32,000 nt of DNA from Megasphaera elsdenii DSM 20460. Lineage in GTDB: Bacteria; Bacillota; Negativicutes; Veillonellales; Megasphaeraceae. Positions 13,387 to 21,269 of this stretch are shown here, in pieces; the stretch's first letter is position 1; each line of letters opens with the position of its first letter. The position numbers and the translations under genes were made by a program. The stretch is taken from the NCBI RefSeq assembly GCF_003010495.1, contig NZ_CP027570.1, positions 1,050,001-1,082,000 of the forward strand. Direction: 5' to 3'. The notes beneath the pieces were generated by a model, which saw only the letters and a program-made list of their open reading frames with translations, searched no databases and was not told where the DNA came from.

Positions 13387-13420
13387 TAGAGACGATTAAT
13401 TTCAGAAATGAGGATATATC

Positions 13421-14833
13421 ATGGATAAAGTACGATTGTTAAAAATAGCAGCTATTGCAGCTGTCATGATAGGCATATGGAATGGTCCTGTGCCGACAGG
13501 GTTGGAAGCCGAAACATGGCATATTGTTGCTTTGTATCTTGGATTGTTGATGGGGCTGGTATTCCGGCCCTTCTCGGAACCGGTTGTCACGTTGATCATC
13601 GTTGGTCTGGCTTCGATGTTTATGAAAAGCTCGATTCTCCTGCGCGGCTATGGCAATGATATGGCTTGGTTCATCGCTACGGTTACTATCGTTTGTACAG
13701 CGTTCATCAAGACCGGGTTGGGAAAACGAATTGCTTATAATTTGCTGATCCGGGCTGGTAACTCTACATTGGGGCTGGGATATATCATGGTCATCACAGA
13801 CTTGCTCTTGAGTCCGGCAACTGGCTCTAATTCTTCACGTACCAGCATTATTTATCCGATTTTTCAGAATATTGCCCAAGGCATCGGCTCGACAGCTGAA
13901 AAAGCACCGCGCAAATTGGGAGCGTTCCTTGAAGTTTTGATGTATGCCAGCTCGCAAACAACATCGGCCCTGTTCCTTACGGGGATGGCTACTAACGCTA
14001 TTACTGTAGCTCTTATGAGCGAAATGCTTGGTATCAATATGACCTGGGGAACCTGGGTACTGGCTTCAGCCGTTCCTGTTGGCTTGATCCTTTTACTAGC
14101 GCCGCTTGTTATCTATAAAATTTACCCACCGGAAATGAAATCTCTTTCCGAAGTGAAACCGTTGGCTCTTAAAGGATTGCAGGAATTAGGTCCCATGTCA
14201 ACAGCTGAAAAAACGTTGTTAGGCCTCTTTATCCTGGCTATCCTTGGATGGATGTTTGGTCCGATGATTCCGTTTGTTAACTTGAAGATGCAGTATGTAG
14301 GTTTTGTCTTCTTGGCCCTGGTCCTGATTACTAAAGTCCTGGACTGGAATGATGTTATCGCTGCTAAAGGGGCTTGGAATATCTTTATCTGGTATGGCGC
14401 CTTCTATGGTATTGCCGCTTCCCTTTCTTCTGCTGGTTTTTACACCTGGCTGGCTGATTATATTGGTGGCATCATTGACTTGTCCGTATATAGCGGTATG
14501 ACCGTTACAGCTGTTCTTGTATTCGTCAGCCTGGCTGTTCGTTATTTCTTCGTATCGAATAGTGCGTTTGTTGCCTCTTTTTACCCAGTATTGTTCATCC
14601 TGACCCTGGGAACTCAGGCAAACCCGATGGTTGTTGGACTGCTGCTCGCTTTCTGCTCGCCCCTGGGTGCTCTTCTCACGCATTATGGCAATGGTGCCGG
14701 TTTGATTACCTTTGCCTCTGGTTATGTACCGCAGAAAGATTTCTGGCGGGTTGGCACGACGATGGTGGCTATGTCCTTGGTTATTTTGTTCGGCATTGGT
14801 GTACCGTATTGGAAACTGGTTGGTCTGTGGTAG
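13421..14833 (+). CDS. DASS-family (divalent anion:Na+ symporter-like) di/tricarboxylate permease
   Basis: 470 aa and polytopic. SPATGSNSSRTSIIYPI and HYGNGAG are hairpin-type motifs typical of DASS/CitT-like carriers. Confidence 0.75.
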   Translation: MDKVRLLKIAAIAAVMIGIWNGPVPTGLEAETWHIVALYLGLLMGLVFRPFSEPVVTLIIVGLASMFMKSSILLRGYGNDMAWFIATVTIVCTAFIKTGLGKRIAYNLLIRAGNSTLGLGYIMVITDLLLSPATGSNSSRTSIIYPIFQNIAQGIGSTAEKAPRKLGAFLEVLMYASSQTTSALFLTGMATNAITVALMSEMLGINMTWGTWVLASAVPVGLILLLAPLVIYKIYPPEMKSLSEVKPLALKGLQELGPMSTAEKTLLGLFILAILGWMFGPMIPFVNLKMQYVGFVFLALVLITKVLDWNDVIAAKGAWNIFIWYGAFYGIAASLSSAGFYTWLADYIGGIIDLSVYSGMTVTAVLVFVSLAVRYFFVSNSAFVASFYPVLFILTLGTQANPMVVGLLLAFCSPLGALLTHYGNGAGLITFASGYVPQKDFWRVGTTMVAMSLVILFGIGVPYWKLVGLW

Positions 14834-14848
14834 AAAGGATGAAAATCT

Positions 14849-15997
14849 ATGTTGGATTATTTGATTACGAATGGACATGTCATCGACCCGGCTAATGGGG
14901 TAGATGAAGTTAAAGATATTGCAGTATATAATGGCAAGATTACGCGTTACGAAAAAGGCGAAGAAGCTAAACATGTGATTGATGCTCAGGGGCGATATGT
15001 ATTTCCCGGTTTAATTGACTCCCATGCCCATATGTTTGCTGAAGGTACGGAAATTGGGATTTATCCAGATTTAGCCTATTTGCCGACCGGTGTAACCGCC
15101 GCCGTAGATGCCTCCTGTGGCGTAGCGAATTACAATTTATTTCGCAAGACTATTATTGCCCGTAGTAAAGTAACGATTAAGAGCTTTTTGCAAGTTTGTT
15201 CTGCTGGCTTGGTCACGACAAGCTATCATGAAAATATCAATCCTAAATATTTCAATCCTGAAAAAATGGATCGCATTTACCATGAAAATGAAGATAATAT
15301 ATTAGGTCTGAAAATCCGGCAAAGCGAAGAACTGGCTCAGGGTTTGGGAATTGAACCGTTGAAAGAGACCGTCCGCATTGCGAATAAAATTGGCTGCCCT
15401 GTAGAGGTCCATTGTACGAATATTCCGGTCCCGACGAAAGAAGTATTAGATGTACTTCGTCCCGGTGATATTTTTGAACACGTCTACCAAGGAGCTAAAA
15501 ATACAATTCTTGATGATAATGGAAAGCTCTATGACTGTGTCATAGAAGCCAGGAAACGAGGTATTATCTTCGATACTGCTGAAGGCCGCAAACATGGTGA
15601 CTTCACGATTATGAGGAAAGCTATGGAACAAGGATTCATCGCGGATATGTGCAGTACGGACCTGGTTCTCGGCAGCATGTACAGACGTTCTATTTTTTCC
15701 CTTCCTAATCTGATGTCCCGTTATATTTGCATGGGCATCCCGATGCAGAAAGTCGTAGAAATGTCGACAGCTCGCCCGGCTAAACTGATGAAGATGGAAG
15801 GTGTTATCGGTTGCCTTTCTGAAGGAGCCCATGCAGATATTGCTATCTTTGACTGGATAGATTTGCATCAAACTTATTTAGATTGGAAAGGTGAAAAATT
15901 TGTTGGCACGAAGCAGTTGAAGCCAGAGATGACCATCAAAGATGGACAGATTGTATATTGTGCGCCTGATTACATCTACGAACCAGATCGTAAATAA
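14849..15997 (+). CDS. Amidohydrolase-superfamily metallohydrolase (dihydroorotase-like fold, substrate unknown)
   Basis: 382 aa. The N-terminal beta-sandwich leads into an HxH motif (PGLIDSHAHMF), with later His/Asp ligand contexts (VEVHCTN, CSTDLV). Confidence 0.8.
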   Translation: MLDYLITNGHVIDPANGVDEVKDIAVYNGKITRYEKGEEAKHVIDAQGRYVFPGLIDSHAHMFAEGTEIGIYPDLAYLPTGVTAAVDASCGVANYNLFRKTIIARSKVTIKSFLQVCSAGLVTTSYHENINPKYFNPEKMDRIYHENEDNILGLKIRQSEELAQGLGIEPLKETVRIANKIGCPVEVHCTNIPVPTKEVLDVLRPGDIFEHVYQGAKNTILDDNGKLYDCVIEARKRGIIFDTAEGRKHGDFTIMRKAMEQGFIADMCSTDLVLGSMYRRSIFSLPNLMSRYICMGIPMQKVVEMSTARPAKLMKMEGVIGCLSEGAHADIAIFDWIDLHQTYLDWKGEKFVGTKQLKPEMTIKDGQIVYCAPDYIYEPDRK

Positions 15998-16058
15998 GAA
16001 ATCAATTCCGCATATTTAGAAAATATAATCAATTATTGGTATATAGGAGGAACTCATC

Positions 16059-16748
16059 ATGTGTGTAGGTTTTCGTATTTTCACTAAAATCAATCGTCCT
16101 GAAAAAGAACTCATAGAAGCATTCAAAGGACTTCCGGCAGCCAATGTTGCCGATGTTATGAGCCGTTTCTTCTGTGTGAATTCGGCGATTAAATCGTTCA
16201 ATAACAAACCGTTGCTGGGGACTGCTTTTACTGTTCGTGCCCGCATTGGTGATAACTTATTACTGCATAAAGCCATCGCAATGGCTCAGCCAGGCGACGT
16301 TATCATCGTTGATGGCGATGGTGATATCTCCAATGCCTTTTGTGGCGATATCATGATGACGGAATGCCAGTCTTTGGGTATTGCTGGGGTCATCATTGAT
16401 GGCGCCGTACGCGATAAAGCTGATCTGGAAAAACTGGATATGCCCGTTTATGCTCGTGGCGTCATGCCGAAAGGTCCCTTCAAAGATGGACCGGGTGAAA
16501 TCAATGTGCCCATTTCCTGTGGTGGTGTTGTCGTAAACCCCGGTGATATTGTCATTGGTGACGCTGATGGTGTCGTCATTGTGCCACCTAAACAGGCTAA
16601 GGAAATCGCCGCTAAAGCGTGGAAGAAGCATGAGACTGAAGCAGCTAGTCTGGAACAAATTGCGAATGGCCGACGTGATAAATCCTGGGTTGATAAAGCC
16701 CTGGAAGCTAAAGGCTGTGAAATTATTGATGACTACTACCGTGCCTAA
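16059..16748 (+). CDS. RraA-fold protein (4-hydroxy-4-methyl-2-oxoglutarate aldolase / oxaloacetate decarboxylase family)
   Basis: 229 aa. GDNLLLHKAI...PGDVIIVDG...FCGDIMMTECQSLGIAGVIIDGAVRD...PGDIVIGDADGVVIVP are typical RraA/HMG-aldolase motifs. Confidence 0.85.
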   Translation: MCVGFRIFTKINRPEKELIEAFKGLPAANVADVMSRFFCVNSAIKSFNNKPLLGTAFTVRARIGDNLLLHKAIAMAQPGDVIIVDGDGDISNAFCGDIMMTECQSLGIAGVIIDGAVRDKADLEKLDMPVYARGVMPKGPFKDGPGEINVPISCGGVVVNPGDIVIGDADGVVIVPPKQAKEIAAKAWKKHETEAASLEQIANGRRDKSWVDKALEAKGCEIIDDYYRA

Positions 16749-16773
16749 CCGTAATCTATACAACGGATGATAC

Positions 16774-16817
16774 AAAAATACCGATGAGTAACATGATGTT
16801 GCTTGTCGGTATTTTTG
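16774..16817 (+). terminator. Terminator of island operon 1
   Basis: A-tract, stem ataccga/tcggtat (extendable with mismatches), T5. Confidence 0.6.
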
Positions 16818-16858
16818 TTTATGTTGTTCATGGAAATATAAAATTAGAAAACACGTGC

Positions 16859-16877
16859 TCACAAAAATATTTTGTAA
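16859..16877. promoter_or_regulatory. LTTR-box-like dyad, copy 2
   Basis: TCACAAAA-ATA-TTTTGTAA, at the same distance (-65) from the second promoter. Confidence 0.55.
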
Positions 16878-16897
16878 AAAATAATAAAATTCATAGT

Positions 16898-16926
16898 TTT
16901 ACTTGTATATGATTTTAAAATATAAT
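16898..16926 (+). promoter_or_regulatory. Promoter of island operon 2
   Basis: TTTACT, 17-nt spacer, TATAAT. Confidence 0.55.
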
Positions 16927-17000
16927 GTAGTTGTAAACAAAAGACATGATATACATTACATATAATTATTACAATTGATTTATAAAAGGAGAGACGCATT

Positions 17001-18029
17001 ATGGCATGGAAAATTTTATTACCTCAGGAAATCATGGAAGAAGGAGCGCAGTTGTTGAAAGATGCTGGCCATACACTGATCCGTGGCAGAGGTTTTGAAA
17101 CAGCGGACGTCTTGGCAGATATGAAGGAATATAAACCGGATGCGATGATCGTACGTATTACCCCGATTACCCGCGAAGTCATTGAAGCGAATCCGAATCT
17201 GAAAGTTATTGCCCGTCACGGTGCCGGCTTTGATGCATTGGATGTCAAAGCTTGCCATGATAATGGGGTACAGACTTTATATGCTCCTGTAGCGAACAGT
17301 ACCTCTGTTGCTGAAACAGCCATCATGCTTATGTTTGAATGTAGCCGCAATGTCTTGAAACTGCGTAAGACCTGGGTTCAAGACTATTATAAAGCAAAAC
17401 TGAAGATTCACAAAACAACTCTTAATGGCAAGACCTTAGGCATCATTGGTTGTGGCAATATCGGCAGCCGTGTAGCAAAGCGGGCTTTAGGGCTGGAAAT
17501 GAACGTCTTGGCATACGACCCGTATAAACGGGCAGCTGAATTTCCGGAAGGTGTCGAAGTCGTACGCGACTTGAACCGGATTTTTAAGGAAAGTGATTAT
17601 GTATCTGTGCATACGCCGAATACGCCGCTTACCCGTCAGATGATTAACAAGGAAACACTGGCTATGATGAAATCTTCAGCCTTCCTGATTAACACGGCTC
17701 GTGGCGCTTGTGTCAATGAAATGGATTTGTATCAGGCCTGCAAAAATGGAATTATCGCAGGCGCCGGACTCGACGCTATTGCCCATGAACCAGTTGATCC
17801 TAACAATCCACTGCTGACACTGGATAATGTCATCATTTATCCGCACATCGGCGGTAACTCTGTGGAAGCGGCCCACCGGGCTTCGTACTTCTCTGCGATG
17901 GGCATCGAAGAAGTATATGAAGGCAAAGAACCGACCTGGCCGATTCATGATATTGATTATACGACAGCACCGACATACACGGATGTCCGTGTTCCTGATA
18001 AGAAACCGGTCGGCATGTTTGATTTTTAA
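17001..18029 (+). CDS. D-isomer-specific 2-hydroxyacid dehydrogenase, copy 2
   Basis: 342 aa. Differs from copy 1 only at M327T and I329V (TYMDIR vs TYTDVR). Confidence 0.88.
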   Translation: MAWKILLPQEIMEEGAQLLKDAGHTLIRGRGFETADVLADMKEYKPDAMIVRITPITREVIEANPNLKVIARHGAGFDALDVKACHDNGVQTLYAPVANSTSVAETAIMLMFECSRNVLKLRKTWVQDYYKAKLKIHKTTLNGKTLGIIGCGNIGSRVAKRALGLEMNVLAYDPYKRAAEFPEGVEVVRDLNRIFKESDYVSVHTPNTPLTRQMINKETLAMMKSSAFLINTARGACVNEMDLYQACKNGIIAGAGLDAIAHEPVDPNNPLLTLDNVIIYPHIGGNSVEAAHRASYFSAMGIEEVYEGKEPTWPIHDIDYTTAPTYTDVRVPDKKPVGMFDF

Positions 18030-18159
18030 TAGGCAATCCTAACATTATTTTTATGAACGGGATTGAAAGTAAGGCCGAGGACAACCGCCTTTTTTCAACA
18101 GAACGTGAAGGAGAATTCCTGCAGAATGATGGAATTGTCCTGGAGAGGAGTGCATCATT

Positions 18160-19464
18160 ATGCAGGATGCTTCTAAAATAAAAACATATCGTGTAAAATT
18201 AATTGCTGTATTGTTTGTTTGTATGGTTGTCATGGGGTTGGATCGCAGCAGCATAAGTGTGGCGGCCCCAGTTATCATGGACGAACTGGACATTGCTCCC
18301 ACTCAGATGGGATTGTTGTTATCGGCTTTCTTTTGGTCCTATACAATCTGCAATATTCCGGCTGGCCGGTTAGCTGACCGATTTGGTGCGAAAAAAGTAC
18401 TAGGTGGTGCTGCCGCTATCTGGTCAGTGGCGTCTGCCCTTACCGGGGGTATGCCCCATCTTATTGGCCTGATGATAGCCCGTATGGGAGTTGGCGTTGG
18501 CGAAGCCGGCGTTTTTCCCACGATGGCTAAAATTGCTGCTGAACAGTTCCCCGGTCGGGAAAGAGCAACGGCGACAGGATGTTATCTGGCCGGCGCCCGC
18601 TTAGGATATGCATTGACTCCCGTAGTCATCGGTTTCCTGATTGCTCAGTTCAACTGGCGTCTGGCTTTCATTGTTACGGGTGTTGGCAGCTTGTTATTTT
18701 GTCTGTTTTGGTTCTTCTGGTATGATGAAAATGAAGGTCGTGTTATTGGCAAATCTGTGGAAAGCAAGGTGCAGATGGAAAAGCAGCCAGTTCCTTGGCT
18801 GCAATTAGTAACAAACCGCACGATCCTCGGGTTATTTGTTGCCAAGTTTGGCGCCAATTACTTGTACTTCATGTTTTTGACATGGATTCCAGCTTATCTG
18901 GTCATGGAACGGGGCTTCTCTGTATTAGAAATGGGTTTTTACGCATCCCTTCCTTTTGTCGTAGCGTTTATTACACAACCTTTGACCGGTTTTATCTCAG
19001 ACTTCATTATCCGCAAAGGATTTAGTAAGACCATTGCCCGTAAAGGCGTACTTGTAGCTGCGCAGGCATTATCAGCCACCATTATTGCGGTAGCGTTTGT
19101 TGAAGACCCGATGATTGCTATGCTGATCCTGACCATTAATATAGCGGCGGCTTCTACGATTGGCGGTATGATGCAGACTATGGCTAGTGAAGTTTCTCCC
19201 TTAGGCATGTCGGCAACGGTTACCGGCGCTATGAATACTGTCGGCGCTATCGCTGGCGTTTTAGCACCCACAGTAACAGGCCTCATCGTGGAAATGACAG
19301 GCTCCTTCCAAATGGCCCTGGTCGTGGCGGGCGGCTTGATTGCAATTGCTGCAGCAATTATCCTGTTTGTTATCCAGAAAATAGAACCAATTAAATTGAA
19401 TATTAAGACTGTAAAAAAAAACAATCCTGAAAAAATAGGCTGTGAAATAACAGAATCTCGATAA
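18160..19464 (+). CDS. MFS transporter, anion:cation symporter (ACS)-like organic-acid permease
   Basis: 434 aa, 12 TM. GLDRSSISVAAP...GRLADRFGAKKVL is typical of the tartrate/galactonate/glucarate-type MFS carriers. Confidence 0.8.
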   Translation: MQDASKIKTYRVKLIAVLFVCMVVMGLDRSSISVAAPVIMDELDIAPTQMGLLLSAFFWSYTICNIPAGRLADRFGAKKVLGGAAAIWSVASALTGGMPHLIGLMIARMGVGVGEAGVFPTMAKIAAEQFPGRERATATGCYLAGARLGYALTPVVIGFLIAQFNWRLAFIVTGVGSLLFCLFWFFWYDENEGRVIGKSVESKVQMEKQPVPWLQLVTNRTILGLFVAKFGANYLYFMFLTWIPAYLVMERGFSVLEMGFYASLPFVVAFITQPLTGFISDFIIRKGFSKTIARKGVLVAAQALSATIIAVAFVEDPMIAMLILTINIAAASTIGGMMQTMASEVSPLGMSATVTGAMNTVGAIAGVLAPTVTGLIVEMTGSFQMALVVAGGLIAIAAAIILFVIQKIEPIKLNIKTVKKNNPEKIGCEITESR

Positions 19465-19465
19465 G

Positions 19466-19501
19466 AAAAAGCCGCGTTCTCCAATGAGTGACGCGGTTTT
19501 T
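19466..19501 (+). terminator. Terminator of island operon 2
   Basis: A5, stem ccgcgt/acgcgg, T5. Confidence 0.6.
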
Positions 19502-19759
19502 GCTAATTTCTCGATATAATATTTTAAAAATCCCCGGCACATCAGTGCAGCTAAGAAGGACTGCTTAATGTTGATGGCATTGGTCGACAGAATACAGAAA
19601 AATACATAGGGAGATTCCCATGCCGAAGAGGAAGGGAGCTTCTGGCGAAATTACGATAAAACTTGTAAAAACGGCTACCTTCGGCGCCTCAGATAGTGTA
19701 TAATAAAACTGGTGAGTTTTTTTACCGTACTCATGTCAACTACAAAGGAGAGATCAACT

Positions 19760-21052
19760 GTGATTGAACGCTATACGAAACCGGAAATGGGTCATATTTG
19801 GACAGAATACAATGAATGGGATACGATGAAACAGGTCGAAATCCTGGCTAGTGAAGCACAGGCCGAACTGGGCAACATCCCGAAAGAAGCGGCTAAAGAA
19901 ATTCGCGAAAAAGCTGCTTTTTCTGTCGACCGTATCCATGAAATCGAAGCGGAAACACACCATGACATTGCGGCTTTCGTCTCGACGCTTTCGGAAAACA
20001 TCGGTGAAGCCGGCAAATATGTACACCTCGGCCTGACTTCGACAGACGTCAAAGATACGGCTCTTGGCTACATGCTCAAACAGGCTTCGGATATCCTCAT
20101 CAAGGACTTGGAAAACTTCCATGCCGTATTGCGCCGCCGTGCCGTTGAATTTAAGTACACGCCGTGCATCGGCCGTACTCATGGCATCCACGCCGAAGCC
20201 ACGACGTTCGGCCTCAAGCTGTGCAACTGGATGGCTGAAATCGAACGCGACATCGACCGCATGAAACATGCTAAGGAAACGATTTCCGTCGGCAAGATTT
20301 CCGGTGCTGTCGGTACCTATGCCGACATTGATCCCTTTGTTGAAAAATATGTCTGCGAACACCTCGGCATCGCTCCTTCGCCGATTTCGTCCCAGACCTT
20401 GCAGCGTGACCGCCATGCCGAATACGTAACGACCCTGGCTGTCATCGCCAGCTCCATCGATAAAATGGCTACGGAAATCCGTCATCTCCAGCGCACGGAA
20501 GTCCGCGAAGCCGAAGAATATTTCAGCCCCAAGCAGAAAGGTTCTTCCATCATGCCTCACAAACGTAATCCTATCACTTGTGAACGCATGTGTGGCTTAG
20601 CCCGCGTCATCCGCGGCAATGCCCAGGCAGCCCTGGAAGACGTCGCCCTCTGGCACGAACGCGATATTTCCCATTCGTCTGTCGAACGCGTCATCCTGCC
20701 GGACAGCACGATCGCCCTGGATTACATGCTCCAGACCTTCACCCGCGTCATCGACAAGCTCCTGGTCTATCCGGACAAGATGATGAAAGACCTCAACCTC
20801 ACAGGCGGCCTCATCTACAGCCCGATCATCCTCAACACACTCGTTGAAAAGGGCGCTGTCCGCGAACAGGCTTACCGCTGGGTACAGCGCAATGCCATGA
20901 AACGCTGGCTCGAAGGGGAAGACTTCCTGGAAAACCTGAAGAAAGACGAAGACGTCACGAAATACATGACGGCAGAAGAAATCGAAGGCTGCTTCGATGT
21001 CAAGAAGATGCTCAGCCACGTCGACACCATCTTCGCACGTTTCGGAATTTAA
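19760..21052 (+). CDS. purB: Adenylosuccinate lyase
   Basis: GTG 19760 (RBS aaggaga 7 nt upstream) gives VIERYTKPEMGHIW, the canonical PurB N-terminus. The lyase signature GSSIMPHKRNP is present. Confidence 0.92.
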   Translation: MIERYTKPEMGHIWTEYNEWDTMKQVEILASEAQAELGNIPKEAAKEIREKAAFSVDRIHEIEAETHHDIAAFVSTLSENIGEAGKYVHLGLTSTDVKDTALGYMLKQASDILIKDLENFHAVLRRRAVEFKYTPCIGRTHGIHAEATTFGLKLCNWMAEIERDIDRMKHAKETISVGKISGAVGTYADIDPFVEKYVCEHLGIAPSPISSQTLQRDRHAEYVTTLAVIASSIDKMATEIRHLQRTEVREAEEYFSPKQKGSSIMPHKRNPITCERMCGLARVIRGNAQAALEDVALWHERDISHSSVERVILPDSTIALDYMLQTFTRVIDKLLVYPDKMMKDLNLTGGLIYSPIILNTLVEKGAVREQAYRWVQRNAMKRWLEGEDFLENLKKDEDVTKYMTAEEIEGCFDVKKMLSHVDTIFARFGI

Positions 21053-21060
21053 GAATCAAT

Positions 21061-21095
21061 TGTAGGGGCTCGCACGTGGCGAGCCCGCCCCTACA
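21061..21095 (+). repeat. Nested GC hairpin TGTAGGGG...CCCCTACA
   Basis: tgtagggg ctcgc acgtg gcgag cc cgcccctaca. Member of the CTGTAGGGG module family. Confidence 0.75.
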
Positions 21096-21096
21096 G

Positions 21097-21132
21097 AAAA
21101 GGGCTTGCCGTTGTGCGACAAGCCCTTTTTTT
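21097..21132 (+). terminator. purB rho-independent terminator
   Basis: aaaa gggcttg...caagccc T7. The stem is nearly the same sequence as the 9097-9130 terminator. Confidence 0.8.
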
Positions 21133-21180
21133 GCTGTCACGGAAATCCGCATCAACGAAAGTCTCTCCTGATAGAGAGGC

Positions 21181-21247
21181 GGGCCGCCCTTTGGGCGGCC
21201 CCTACGAACCACGAGCCACGAGCCACGAGCCACGGACCACGGACCAC
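21181..21247 (-). repeat. GC hairpin plus heptamer array (plus strand: gaaccac gagccac x3 ggaccac x2)
   Basis: gggccgccc-tttg-ggcggccc ctac, then 6 units of period 7. On the minus strand this reads gtggNNc x6 followed by gtaggggccgccc. Confidence 0.85.
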
Positions 21248-21269
21248 AAATCCCACGGGAGGTGATTTT

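Larger units (their letters stand above)
12216..13389 (+). repeat. Direct repeat copy A (operator + promoter + dehydrogenase CDS)
   Basis: Offset is exactly 4643 nt to copy B. I saw 4 substitutions in the CDS. The promoter block is about 88% identical and the 40-nt leader is unrelated. Confidence 0.95.
16859..18032 (+). repeat. Direct repeat copy B
   Basis: See copy A. Identity ends just after the TAATAG stop region. Confidence 0.95.
11140..19560. other. AT-richer accessory island (approximate bounds)
   Basis: By eye, base composition drops from mid/high-50s %GC to roughly 40% between the selD stop and the purB leader. The host intergenic repeat family is absent inside. Confidence 0.6.

Noticed and set aside
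18071-18095. Weak hairpin plus T-tract (aaggc...gcctt tttt) between the second dehydrogenase copy and the MFS gene, as a terminator/attenuator.
   Set aside because: The stem is only 5 bp with an 11-nt loop, which is too weak to call. The two genes are more simply one operon.
18113-18124. Adjacent EcoRI and PstI sites (GAATTCCTGCAG), reminiscent of a cloning-vector polylinker.
   Set aside because: Only 12 nt match and there is no further polylinker or vector sequence on either side. The sites sit in a normal leader with the RBS of the MFS gene. Chance occurrence is most likely.
19502-19759. A purine riboswitch or other leader element upstream of purB. Also small ORFs there (e.g. ATG 19630, 27 aa, MPKRKGASGEITIKLVKTATFGASDSV).
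   Set aside because: No purine-riboswitch junction motifs or T-box features were recognised. The small ORF has an RBS-like gggaga but no recognisable family, and it lies at the island boundary. There is insufficient evidence to call either.
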